64,000 bases of DNA. It comes from Terriglobales bacterium (lineage in GTDB: Bacteria; Acidobacteriota; Terriglobia; Terriglobales; Acidobacteriaceae). The position numbers were made by a program, and so were the translations under genes. Location: assembly GCA_025934735.1 (NCBI GenBank), contig JAICWP010000009.1:71640-135639 (forward strand). The letters are read 5' to 3'. The notes under the pieces are model-generated. The model saw only the letters and a program-made list of their open reading frames with translations. It did not search any database and had not been told where the DNA came from. Positions within the stretch are counted from its first letter, which is position 1. Each line of letters opens with the position of its first letter. This document shows, piece after piece, positions 55,109 to 64,000 of this stretch.

Positions 55109-56572
55109 TCAGGACGGTTCCGGGGAAGGCACCGCGGAAGAGTCGGGCTCGGCTTGTTTGCTGAACGGCAAGTTTACCCAAATGCGCGTACCTTCGTGCT
55201 GCATGCTCTTCGCCTGGATGGTGCCGCCGTAAGCCTCCACGATGGCCTTCGCGATGGCGAGACCCAGGCCAAAGCCTCCTGTCTCCCGCGAGCGCGAGGG
55301 ATCGCCCCGGCGGAAACGTTCGAAGATGTAGGGCAGGTCCTGGGGAGCGATGCCGGTGCCCCAGTCCTGCACGCTGATGCAAGCGTTGTCGGCAGTGCGC
55401 TTCAGTTGCAAGCGTACGGTGGAACTTGGCGGGCTATGCTGGATGGCGTTTTCCAGCAGATTGACCCAGACCAGTTCCAGATCTTCAGGATCGGCGCGCA
55501 CGTCGCCCCCGCCATCGGCGGAGAACTGAACTTCTACTCCCCGAGTCGCGGCCAGGTTCTTGATGCGCGCTACCGCCATTTCGCAGGTGGAAGCGAGATC
55601 GGCTACCTCCAGCGTGCGCGGTTCGCCATCGGCCACCTGCTGTTCCGCCCGCGCCAGGCGCAGCATGCGGTTGAGCAGTTCCTCCAGGCGGTCCACGTCG
55701 CCCAGCAAGTCCAGGAGCCCGGCTCGGTATTCATGGGGCGAGCGCGGCTTCTGCAGCAGGGATTGAAAGGTGGATTTCAGGATGGCCACAGAGGTCTTGA
55801 GCTCATGGGCCGCATCCGCCAGGAATTCACGCTGCTGCTCGAAAGCCAGCTCCAGTTTGCCCAGCACGGTTTCAATGGCCTGCGCCAGAGGCGCCAGTTC
55901 CGGTGTCTCCAAAGCGGCTTTGGGTGGACGGAAATTCCAGTTCTTGACCGAAATGCCGGCCGCCTCGCCCGCCAGCCCGTGCAGCGGCCATAGCCCACGG
56001 CGCACCGCCCAGGCGGCCAGCAAGCCGGTTAGCACCAGCAACATCAGGCTGGCTCCGGCCACCATCATGCCCACCTCGTTGGCGCGGCGGGTTATGTCCA
56101 GCGTTGGCGCGGCGTAGAACACGTCCACGGTCACATCAGTGTCCAGGGTGTCGATTTCGGCATCACGGATGGAGACCTTGCGCAGAATCAAGCCGCGATA
56201 GGGCACTCCTTTGGAGGTGAAGTTCCAGTACTCGCCGCGCGACGGTTCGCCGCGCAGAAATGCCGTATCGAAATTTTTGGAGTGCGCTTCGAACGGCCGG
56301 ATCGCGCTCGTCACCTGGTAAATGTCGGGACGCGAAGCATCGAAAGGAGGGGGCGCCTCGTCATCGTCGATCAGCAACCCTGGCTTGCCACCCGGAGGAT
56401 AGTAAACCAGCGCGGCAATGGCGCGGGCCTTGCCCTGCAGGCTCATATCAAAAGCCGCCAGCAGCTGCCGCCGCGCAAAGGTGATGCCCACCAACACAAG
56501 GCCGATGGCCAGCAGGAGCTGAGCGCCAACCACCACGGCAGTGAGGCGGCCCGTTAATGAGAGGCGTTTCAT
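55109..56572 (-). CDS. Sensor histidine kinase (periplasmic sensor, HAMP, HisKA, HATPase_c)
   Basis: Two TM segments flank a periplasmic domain of about 150 aa. H-box FLADAAHELKTSVAIL, N-box LLENAIQHS, G-boxes DWGTGI and GGFGLGLAI. Confidence 0.9.
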   Translation of the reverse strand: MKRLSLTGRLTAVVVGAQLLLAIGLVLVGITFARRQLLAAFDMSLQGKARAIAALVYYPPGGKPGLLIDDDEAPPPFDASRPDIYQVTSAIRPFEAHSKNFDTAFLRGEPSRGEYWNFTSKGVPYRGLILRKVSIRDAEIDTLDTDVTVDVFYAAPTLDITRRANEVGMMVAGASLMLLVLTGLLAAWAVRRGLWPLHGLAGEAAGISVKNWNFRPPKAALETPELAPLAQAIETVLGKLELAFEQQREFLADAAHELKTSVAILKSTFQSLLQKPRSPHEYRAGLLDLLGDVDRLEELLNRMLRLARAEQQVADGEPRTLEVADLASTCEMAVARIKNLAATRGVEVQFSADGGGDVRADPEDLELVWVNLLENAIQHSPPSSTVRLQLKRTADNACISVQDWGTGIAPQDLPYIFERFRRGDPSRSRETGGFGLGLAIAKAIVEAYGGTIQAKSMQHEGTRIWVNLPFSKQAEPDSSAVPSPEPS

Positions 56573-56615
56573 GGTTATGTCGAAAAAACTAGAGTGTCCC
56601 TGGTTTTAAAGCCGG

Positions 56616-56661
56616 GAAACTTTGAAGCCTGCGAAACCTTGAACCTTGAACCTTGAAACCC
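56616..56661. repeat. Tandem AACCTTG heptamer repeat in the response-regulator/kinase intergenic spacer
   Basis: AACCTTG x3 at 56635-56655, followed by AAACC, preceded by the degenerate copy GAAACTTTGAAGCC. Same word family as 44066-44173. Confidence 0.7.
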
Positions 56662-57348
56662 TTACCTTCGTCCTTCTTCCACGCGCAGGGCATACCCTTG
56701 GCCGCGCAGGGTGCGAATCAATTTTACCGGCGCCCCATCATCAATCTTTCGGCGCAAGCCCGAGATGTACACCTCGATCACATTGCTGAACTTTTCCCAA
56801 TTGTAGTCGTAGAGGTGTTCCAGAAGTTCCGTCTTGGAAACAACGGCCCGGGGCCGGTGCGCCAGGTATTCGAGCACCCGGTATTCCATGGGCGTCAGTG
56901 TAATGTCGCGCCCGGCGCGCCGCACCGAGCGTTCAATGGTGTTCACCTCTAGGTCGGCCACCACCAGCAGGGGGGTAGGCTGTCCCTTTGCGCGGCGTAC
57001 CAGCGCTTTGGCGCGGGCCAGAAATTCCCCAAGGTCGAAGGGCTTGGCCAGGTAATCATCCGCGCCGGCGTTGAGCAGGGTCACGACGGAGCCCTTCTCA
57101 TCGCGCGCAGTCAGCACCAATACTGGGGTCTTGTGTCCCTGCTTGCGGTAGCGCCGCAGCAATTCCAGGCCGTCCATCTTAGGCAGCATGAGGTCGAGCA
57201 CGATTAAATCGTAGTTGACGGACTCAGCCAGGTGCAGCCCATTTTCGCCGTCCAGAGCAACATCCACCGCCCAAGCGGCGTTCTCCTTCAGGCTGCGGGC
57301 GACGTTTTCTGCCAACCGTCGTTCGTCTTCAATCACCAGCACTCGCAT
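56662..57348 (-). CDS. OmpR-family response regulator (canonical receiver)
   Basis: Start set at ATG 57348 (MRVLVIEDERRL...). Contains DLIVLDLMLPKMDG, VLVLTA and LAKPF, plus the winged-helix block LTPMEYRVLEYL...IEVYISGLRRKI. Confidence 0.9.
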   Translation of the reverse strand: MRVLVIEDERRLAENVARSLKENAAWAVDVALDGENGLHLAESVNYDLIVLDLMLPKMDGLELLRRYRKQGHKTPVLVLTARDEKGSVVTLLNAGADDYLAKPFDLGEFLARAKALVRRAKGQPTPLLVVADLEVNTIERSVRRAGRDITLTPMEYRVLEYLAHRPRAVVSKTELLEHLYDYNWEKFSNVIEVYISGLRRKIDDGAPVKLIRTLRGQGYALRVEEGRR

Positions 57349-57571
57349 GGCGCGCCTTGCTTCCAGATTATCCGGCCCGCAGAGGCGTGCACAAGCCTGC
57401 ATTGTAAAACTTACTCCAGCCAGGCTTAAGGCTCGCTTAACTTGCCCGAGATGGGCGACTGGCTGCGCCCCGGCCGTTTTCCTGCTCCTCCGTTTCGGCG
57501 TTACACTTACTGGTTGGAAAATCAGCGTTCTGCCGCAGTGTTGGGCGGCGGCGCACGCGCGAGGCACCCAC

Positions 57572-58789
57572 ATGGCCACCCAGACCTCCACTCGCCCGCA
57601 ACTCTCCTATCTCACCGAGCAGCTGAACCAGTTCAAGCAGAAGGGCACCTATTTCCGCTTGCGGGTGCTGGACGATGAACAGGCGCCGGTGTGCACCTTT
57701 GACGGCAAAAGGGTCATCAACCTGGCTTCCAACAACTACCTGGGCCTGACTACCCACCCCCGGCTGCGCGAAGCGGCGCTACAAGCCACGCGCAAGTATG
57801 GCGTGGGTTCGGGCGCGGTGCGCACCATCGCCGGCACCATGAAAATCCACATGGAGCTGGAAGAAAAAATTGCCCGCTTCAAAAACGTGGAGGCGTCGGT
57901 GGTGTTCCAGTCCGGCTTTGCGGCGAACGCTGGGACCGTTTCCGCAGTGTTGGGCAAGGAAGATTTCATAATCTCCGACGAACTGAACCATGCCTCCATT
58001 ATTGATGGCGCCCGGCTCTCACGCGCGGCCATCAAGGTGTTCCGCCACAAGGATGTCGCCCATGCGGAGGAATTGCTTAAGGAAGTTGCGGGCCAGCCCG
58101 GCCACAAACTGCTGATCACGGACGGTGTGTTCTCCATGGATGGCGACGTTGCGCCTCTGCCGGCGCTTTGCGATCTGGCGGAGAAATACGGCGCCATCAT
58201 GATGGTGGATGACGCGCACGCTTCCGGCGTGCTCGGCCGCAATGGCCGCGGCACCATTGACCACTTCCATGTGCACGGCCGGGTAGACATCCAGGTGGGC
58301 ACGCTCTCCAAGGCCGTTGGGGCGCTGGGCGGCTACGTGTGCGGGTCGCGCGACCTGATTGATTTTCTGTACCACCGCGCCCGCCCGTTTCTCTTTTCCA
58401 CTTCCCATCCACCCTCCGTGGCCGCCAGTTGCATTGCCGCATTCGAGGTGCTGGAGCAGGAACCGGAGCGTATCGAAAAACTTTGGGACAACACGCGCTA
58501 CTGGAAAAAGGAATTGGGCAATCTGGGCTACAACATCGGGGGCGTGAATACCCCCGCCAGCGAAACCCCCATTACTCCGATCATCATCGGCGATGGCAAG
58601 CTCACCATGGACTTTTCTCGTGAGCTGTTCAAGGAAGGCGTAATGGGCACCGGCATCGCATTTCCTACGGTGCCAGAGGGTAAGGCGCGGGTTCGCACCA
58701 TCGTGACCGCCACCCACACACGCGAGGAACTGGATGGTGCCCTGGAGGTGCTGCGGCGCGTGGGCAAGCGCATGGGCATCTTGCGATAA
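57572..58789 (+). CDS. kbl: Glycine C-acetyltransferase (2-amino-3-ketobutyrate CoA ligase)
   Basis: Start set at ATG 57572. NNYLGL, ISDELNHASIIDG, DGVFSMDGD, MVDDAHA, GTLSKA (PLP Lys) and FPTVPEGKARVRT are co-linear with E. coli Kbl. Confidence 0.9.
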   Translation: MATQTSTRPQLSYLTEQLNQFKQKGTYFRLRVLDDEQAPVCTFDGKRVINLASNNYLGLTTHPRLREAALQATRKYGVGSGAVRTIAGTMKIHMELEEKIARFKNVEASVVFQSGFAANAGTVSAVLGKEDFIISDELNHASIIDGARLSRAAIKVFRHKDVAHAEELLKEVAGQPGHKLLITDGVFSMDGDVAPLPALCDLAEKYGAIMMVDDAHASGVLGRNGRGTIDHFHVHGRVDIQVGTLSKAVGALGGYVCGSRDLIDFLYHRARPFLFSTSHPPSVAASCIAAFEVLEQEPERIEKLWDNTRYWKKELGNLGYNIGGVNTPASETPITPIIIGDGKLTMDFSRELFKEGVMGTGIAFPTVPEGKARVRTIVTATHTREELDGALEVLRRVGKRMGILR

Positions 58790-58863
58790 AGATCCAGCCT
58801 GAGGCAACTCCGCTCCTAGGCTGCGGCATCCAGTTACAGGCTTTCCCTGAATTCAGACGTATC

Positions 58864-60723
58864 TTGTTGCGCGCCGTGACCGCTTCACAGCCGAAACCCT
58901 CCGCCCCGAGACAACCGACCTCACGCGAGGTCGGTGTACCGGCATTGGCGGGCGATTCGGAATCGCTGCACCTGCTGCTGCAAGCCTCAGCCACTCTGCT
59001 CGCCAAGCCCGACCTGCACGCGGTGCTGGACCGGATCCTGACCCTCTCGCGCGATTTGATCCATGCCGACGCGTATGCCGTCTGGCGCCTCGACGAAAGC
59101 TCCGACACCTGGCGGGTGCTGGCTTCCCGCGGGTTATCGGACGCCTATCTTGAGATGTCCTCAATCCCAGCCACGGGCATTACTGAACTCAGCGATGAAC
59201 CCATTGTCGCAGCGGACGTTGCTGCCTTGCCGCTGCTCGAACACCGGCTCCGCGGTTACACGGCAGAGGGCATCCGGGCGCTGGTGGCCTTGCCCATGCG
59301 CATTCAGGGCCGCAACGTGGGCACCATTACGTTCTATTTCCGGGAACGGCGTGAACTGCAGCCGTCCGAGTTACAGCTAGCGGAACTGCTGGCCAATCTG
59401 GCCGCATCCGGCATCAGCAGCGCCGAGCTATACGAGGAGCAGGTCCGGCTGCGGGAGCAAGCGGAGGCGCAGCGCCGGCGAGCCACCTTTCTGGCCCAGG
59501 CCAGCGCCGCCCTTGGGGCGTCGCTCGACTTCAATCTTACCTTGCAGCGCGTGGCCGAACTCGCGGTGCCCGAAGTCGCCGACTGGTGCGCCGCCTATGT
59601 GACCAATGAAGAGGGAATCGTGGAGCGCACCGCCGTGGCGCATCGCGACCCCGCAAAAATCGCGCTGGCCATGGAATTCCACACCAAGTACCCGCCCTCC
59701 TTAAGCAGCGGCAGTGCCATTGCCAATGTCATTGAAACCGGCGAGCCGCAGTTCTTTCCGGAAGTCACGCCGGAAATGCTGCGCCAGAGAGCGCTGGATC
59801 CGGAGCGCCTGCGCCTGGTCATGGCGCTGAACATGAGATCGGTGCTGGTGGTTCCCATGTCTGCTCGCGATCGAGTGCTGGGCGCGTTGGTATTCGTGAT
59901 GGCGGAGTCGGGACGCGTGCTTTTGCCCGCCGACATGGAGCTGGCCGAAGCGCTGGCTGCCAGGGCCGCCGCCGCCATTGATAACAGCCGCCTCTTCCAC
60001 CTGGTGGAACAGGAACTGGAGCAGCGCGCGCGGACGGAGGCCGCCCTGGTCAAGACCGAACGCCTGGCCACTGCCGGCCGCTTGGCCGCTACCATTGCCC
60101 ATGAGATCAACAATCCTCTGGAGGCGGTCACCAATCTGATTTATCTGGCCCGCTCCGCTCCCGCCCGCCAGGCTCGCCGTTATCTGGAAATGGTGGAGGA
60201 GGAGCTTTCCCGCATCGCTCACATCACCAAGATGACTCTGGGCTTTTATCGCGAGAGCGGCGCGCTGGTCCCCGTGGGCCTGGCCGACTTGGTCGCGGAG
60301 GTTTTGTCTCTTTACCAAGCCAAGCTGCACGCCAAAGGTATCCAGGTGCAGACTCACATTGAACGCGCACAGCCGATTTTGGGCTCCAGGGGCGAGTTGC
60401 GCCAGGTGCTTGCCAACCTGGTGGCCAACGCTCTGGACGTCCTACCCGCCGGCGGCGCGCTGGATATTTCTGCCGGCGAGGCTGGCGGCAGCGTTCAGTT
60501 GCAGGTCTCCGACAATGGCCCCGGCATTCCGCCGGATAATCTGAACCGCATTTTCGAGCCCTTCTTCACCACCAAGGCGGAACTGGGCACAGGATTGGGG
60601 CTTTGGGTTTCCCGCCAGATCGTTGAAAAACACGGCGGCACGATTGCGGTGGAGAGTAGTCCCAAGGGCACCTGCTTTACCATTACCCTGCCGTCCGCCT
60701 CGCAGCTTTCGCGCGCGTCGTAG
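58864..60723 (+). CDS. Cytoplasmic sensor histidine kinase with two GAF domains
   Basis: Two GAF-like segments (...ILTLSRDLIHADAYAVWRLD... and ...VAELAVPEVADWCAAYV...). H-box ATIAHEINNPLEAV, N-box LANLVANALD, G-boxes DNGPGI and GTGLGL. Start uncertain: TTG 58864 or GTG 58876. Confidence 0.85.
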   Translation: MLRAVTASQPKPSAPRQPTSREVGVPALAGDSESLHLLLQASATLLAKPDLHAVLDRILTLSRDLIHADAYAVWRLDESSDTWRVLASRGLSDAYLEMSSIPATGITELSDEPIVAADVAALPLLEHRLRGYTAEGIRALVALPMRIQGRNVGTITFYFRERRELQPSELQLAELLANLAASGISSAELYEEQVRLREQAEAQRRRATFLAQASAALGASLDFNLTLQRVAELAVPEVADWCAAYVTNEEGIVERTAVAHRDPAKIALAMEFHTKYPPSLSSGSAIANVIETGEPQFFPEVTPEMLRQRALDPERLRLVMALNMRSVLVVPMSARDRVLGALVFVMAESGRVLLPADMELAEALAARAAAAIDNSRLFHLVEQELEQRARTEAALVKTERLATAGRLAATIAHEINNPLEAVTNLIYLARSAPARQARRYLEMVEEELSRIAHITKMTLGFYRESGALVPVGLADLVAEVLSLYQAKLHAKGIQVQTHIERAQPILGSRGELRQVLANLVANALDVLPAGGALDISAGEAGGSVQLQVSDNGPGIPPDNLNRIFEPFFTTKAELGTGLGLWVSRQIVEKHGGTIAVESSPKGTCFTITLPSASQLSRAS

Positions 60724-60835
60724 GGGTTGCAGCCTGCAATCCGGATTCCCTAAGACCGATTGGAGTTGGCAGGTGGTTAAGCTTGCCTTAATCTGTCCCC
60801 CTCTACATTAGCGCCTCTGGAGCTACGGTAGCGCC

Positions 60836-62440
60836 TTGGGAGGAATTGTGCGTCAAGTGGCAGGGGTGATCCTGGCTTGCGGTTGGGCCATGAGCTGGGC
60901 TTGGGGCCAGGCGCCCGTACCGCGTACTGCAGCGGCACCCGCTTCGTCGGTTGCTGTCCCAGCGAACCTCATATCCGGCCCGCGGCCGAGCACACAGACA
61001 ACTACTCCGCAGGATTGGTTGCGTTTGGCCAGGAATATGAGCCCGCCGCCCCGGCGAGCCCAGGCCAGCACCCCGCAGGAGGAGAACGCGCAGGCGCAGC
61101 AGCCTGCACCGCCTCCTGCTTCTTCCGCCGAAGCGCCCGTACCGGTCGTGCAGCTTGAGCAGCCAGGTAACCCAGGGCAAACCGGTCCCCCAATCACCAT
61201 CACTCTCCAGGATGCGGTTGCGCGGGCCAGCAGAAACTATGCACAGTATCTTTCGGCGCTCACCGACGCCAAAATAGCCAACGAGGACCGCGTGCAGGCG
61301 CGAGCCGCCATGCTGCCCTCGCTCAGCTACACCCAGCAGTACCTGGGAACCGAGGGAAACGGCAAGCTGGCCAGCGGGCGTTTTGTCACCAACGATGGCG
61401 TGCACGTTTACCGCGTTTGGGGCGTCGTCCACCAGGAGTTTCCCCCGGGATTCTTCAGCTTCTCGCCATACAAGCGGGCAGCCGCAGCCGCCGCCATCGC
61501 CCGCGCTAAGGAGGAGATAGCGCGCCGTGGGCTCACGGTGACTGTCACCAACTTGTATTACGAACTGCTTGTGTCGCAGCGCGAGTACGCCACGGCACAA
61601 CAGGTGCTGGACCAGGCGCAGCACTTTTTCAGGATCAGCCAGGAACTGCAGCGCGGAGGTGAAGTAGCGCGCAGCGACGTCATCAAGGCCCAACTGCAGT
61701 TCGATCAGCAGAAACAGGCGTTTCAGGAAGCAGCGCTGGCCATGAGCAAAGCCCGGCTCGACTTGGCGGTGGTGCTCTCGCCCAGCCTGGACCTGAACTT
61801 CAACCTGGTGGACGACATGGACCAGCCGCGCGCCCTGCCTCCCTTTGCCGAAGTGGAGGGCATGGCGGCACACGAAAACCAGGATGTGCGCGCGGCAGTG
61901 GAAGCTATGAAAGCGGCGCAATCCGATGTCACCATTGCACGCGCCGGCTTTTTTCCCACCCTGAGCATCGACGGGGTGTATGGCATTGAGGCCAATGCCC
62001 TAGCCTTACGCGCCGTTGATGCCTCTTTCCCCGAACTGGGACCGGTTCCGACTCCCGGCTACTTCATTACCGCGTCGCTGAACGTGCCCATATGGAATTG
62101 GGGAGCGACCCTGAGCAAGTTGCGCCAGGCCGAGTACAGGCGGCAGCAGGCCAGGGTGGAGTTGTCGCAGGCGCAGCGCCAGGCGATCAGCAGTCTTTAT
62201 TCCTTCTACAATGAGGCGGCGGTATCGCGTGCTGAGGTGCAGGGATTGCGCGAGGCTGCCGATCTGGCGGCGGAGAGCCTCCGCCTGACCACGCTGCGCT
62301 ACCAAGCGGGAGAATCCACGGCCCTGGAGGTAGTGGACGCGCAGAATGTAATGGCCACGGCTCGCAACGCCTATGACAACGGGCAGCTGAGATATCGCAT
62401 GGGACTGGCCACGCTCCAGACTTTGACCGGCAAATTCTGA
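60836..62440 (+). CDS. TolC-family outer-membrane efflux protein (long Pro/Ala/Gln-rich N-terminal linker)
   Basis: Signal-like N-terminus, then two TolC repeats (LTLQDAVARA...; coiled segments ...RVELSQAQRQA.., LRYQAGESTALEVVDAQ). Non-ATG start; exact start uncertain. Confidence 0.8.
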   Translation: MGGIVRQVAGVILACGWAMSWAWGQAPVPRTAAAPASSVAVPANLISGPRPSTQTTTPQDWLRLARNMSPPPRRAQASTPQEENAQAQQPAPPPASSAEAPVPVVQLEQPGNPGQTGPPITITLQDAVARASRNYAQYLSALTDAKIANEDRVQARAAMLPSLSYTQQYLGTEGNGKLASGRFVTNDGVHVYRVWGVVHQEFPPGFFSFSPYKRAAAAAAIARAKEEIARRGLTVTVTNLYYELLVSQREYATAQQVLDQAQHFFRISQELQRGGEVARSDVIKAQLQFDQQKQAFQEAALAMSKARLDLAVVLSPSLDLNFNLVDDMDQPRALPPFAEVEGMAAHENQDVRAAVEAMKAAQSDVTIARAGFFPTLSIDGVYGIEANALALRAVDASFPELGPVPTPGYFITASLNVPIWNWGATLSKLRQAEYRRQQARVELSQAQRQAISSLYSFYNEAAVSRAEVQGLREAADLAAESLRLTTLRYQAGESTALEVVDAQNVMATARNAYDNGQLRYRMGLATLQTLTGKF

Positions 62441-62444
62441 AACC

Positions 62445-63737
62445 ATGAGCAGACCTCACCAACCTAACCAGCCGGGCAGGCGCTCTGCCGCCCTCGTTTT
62501 GGCCGCGCTGCTGCCGCTGGCCTTGTTCGGATGTTCCGGAAAGGAAAAGGAGAAGGAGCCGGTGGTGGCGGTGGAATCGGCGCTGGTGAAGCGCGCCAGC
62601 CTGCAGCGCACGGTTACCGCCGAGGCGATCCTCTATCCTCTGCACCAGGCAGCGCTGGTGCCCAAGATCAGCGCCCCGGTGGAGAAGTTTTACGTGAACC
62701 GCGGCAGCCGCGTGCAACAAGGGCAGCTGCTGGCGGTGCTGGAGAACAGGGACCTCAGCGCGGCGGCCGAGCAGAGCAAAGGCGAATGGGAGCAGGCCCA
62801 GGCCGCGTACGAGACCACCACCGTGGCCACCGTTCCGGAAGAAGTGCAGAAAGCGCAACTGGACGCGACCGCCGCCAAGCAAGCCCTGGAAGCGGAGCAG
62901 AAAGTGTACGCCGCCCGGCAAAACCTCTATAAGCAAGGGGCGCTCCCGCGCAAGGACCTGGACGCAGCCGCGATTTCCCTTACGCAGGCGCGCAATGCCT
63001 ACGACATTGCCCAACAGCACCTGAACTCGCTCCTCAAGACCTCCAAGGCGCAGGAACTCAGGTCGGCGCAGGGGCAACTGGCGGCGGCCAAGGGCAAGTA
63101 CCAGGGGGCGGAGGCGCAGCTTGGCTATTCCGAAATTCGCAGCCCCATTTCCGGCGTAATCACCGATCGTCCCTTGTACCCGGGCGAGATGGCCACCGCC
63201 GGGACGCCCCTACTCACGGTCATGGATTTATCGCATGTGATCGCCAAAGCCCACATCCCGCAAGCTGAGGCAGCGTTGCTCAAAGTAGGCGACAAGGCGA
63301 GCCTTACCGCTCCCTCGTTGAGCGAACCGCTGCCTGGGAAGGTGGCGGTGGTCAGCCCGGCGCTGGATCCTAACAGCACCACGGTGGAGGTGTGGGTGGA
63401 TGCCGCCAATCCGCATCAAGAGCTCAAGCCGGGCACCAGCGTAAGCCTGTCCATGCTTGCGCAAACTATTCCGGATGCGCTCACGGTGCCGGCCAGCGCG
63501 GTGCTCACCGAATCTGACGGCACCACGTCGGTCATGGTCATTGGCGACGATAGCCGCGCCCACCAGCACGACGTCAAGACCGGAGTGCGGCAGGATAACC
63601 AGGTGCAGATCGTCTCCGGGGTGAAAGCAGGAGATCGGGTGGTGACAGCGGGAGCCTATGGCCTGCCGGATAACACGCGAGTGCAGTTGCAGGCGGCTGC
63701 TCCTGCGCAGCCCGTGAAGGAAAGCGAGAAAGATTGA
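62445..63737 (+). CDS. Efflux RND transporter periplasmic adaptor (membrane-fusion) subunit
   Basis: Lipobox LALFGC. Blocks VKRASLQRTVTAE, GQLLAVLEN, a coiled-coil hairpin, IRSPISGVITDR and VVTAGAYGL. Confidence 0.85.
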   Translation: MSRPHQPNQPGRRSAALVLAALLPLALFGCSGKEKEKEPVVAVESALVKRASLQRTVTAEAILYPLHQAALVPKISAPVEKFYVNRGSRVQQGQLLAVLENRDLSAAAEQSKGEWEQAQAAYETTTVATVPEEVQKAQLDATAAKQALEAEQKVYAARQNLYKQGALPRKDLDAAAISLTQARNAYDIAQQHLNSLLKTSKAQELRSAQGQLAAAKGKYQGAEAQLGYSEIRSPISGVITDRPLYPGEMATAGTPLLTVMDLSHVIAKAHIPQAEAALLKVGDKASLTAPSLSEPLPGKVAVVSPALDPNSTTVEVWVDAANPHQELKPGTSVSLSMLAQTIPDALTVPASAVLTESDGTTSVMVIGDDSRAHQHDVKTGVRQDNQVQIVSGVKAGDRVVTAGAYGLPDNTRVQLQAAAPAQPVKESEKD

Positions 63738-63753
63738 CCCGGAACTAGGCGCA

Positions 63754-64000
63754 TGAACCTGCGGTCATTCACAGAACCCACGCAGTCGCCAGGCGGAACT
63801 GCGAAAGGCGGTGAAGGGGAAATCTCCCGCTACTGGTTCGCCTACTTCTCCAAGCCCATCATCTTTCTCATCCTGACTCTCGCCTTGGTGGGCATGTACG
63901 AGGCTTTCACCATTCCCATCGCGGTTTTCCCGGAAACCAACTTTCCTCGCATCGTGATCGGCATTGACAACGGCGTGATGCCGATTGACCAGATGACCGT
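63754..64000 (+). CDS. Efflux RND transporter permease subunit (AcrB/CzcA family), 5' part only
   Basis: ATG 63754. My own translation gives MNLRSF...ISRYWFAYFSKPIIFLILTLALVGMYEAFTIPIAVFPETNFPRIVIGIDNGVMPIDQMT, the typical RND N-terminus. The ORF is open to the window end and is not in the ORF track. Confidence 0.8.

Noticed and set aside
57349-57571. Glycine/threonine-responsive riboswitch upstream of kbl
   Set aside because: I could not recognise the conserved glycine-riboswitch core or any other known riboswitch consensus in this spacer.

Overview
GC-rich chromosomal segment (GC not computed). The gene content looks like Acidobacteriota: two giant CarboxypepD_reg/TonB-dependent-receptor-like outer-membrane proteins, a VWFA-related acidobacterial-type protein, and a Ser/Thr kinase fused to a TolB-like beta-propeller. 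I call about 57 protein-coding genes. Housekeeping anchors are citF (truncated), ruvB, dnaG-rpoD, bfr, pruA, osmC, msrB, tdh and kbl, plus an RND efflux operon that runs off the right edge. I see no rRNA, tRNA, CRISPR array, intact mobile element, prophage or recognisable defence/toxin island. Most long ORFs in the six-frame track that lie antisense to, or out of frame with, these genes are GC-driven shadow ORFs. Four things deserve a second look. (1) An AhpD/carboxymuconolactone-decarboxylase-family gene is split into two ORFs in the track. It reads through one in-frame TGA that sits exactly at the second Cys of the CxxCxxxH redox motif (C-D-Y-TGA-T-S-A-H) and is followed by a hairpin, so it is a candidate selenoprotein. 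(2) There are two paralogous bicistrons, each a stand-alone PilZ protein followed by a LuxR-type response regulator whose receiver lacks the phospho-acceptor Asp and the conserved Lys. A third orphan PilZ gene is also present. This may be a c-di-GMP-linked, phosphorylation-independent regulatory module. (3) Several families of short intergenic repeats and hairpins lie directly after stop codons. One pair brackets an AT-richer islet that encodes a recombinase-like fragment. (4) Smaller oddities: a 24-nt perfect palindrome between convergent msrB and tdh, a convergent gene overlap, a Tat-signal aldo/keto reductase, and tdh and kbl separated by a signalling island. All functional calls rest on my recognition of translated motifs. 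No database search was run.
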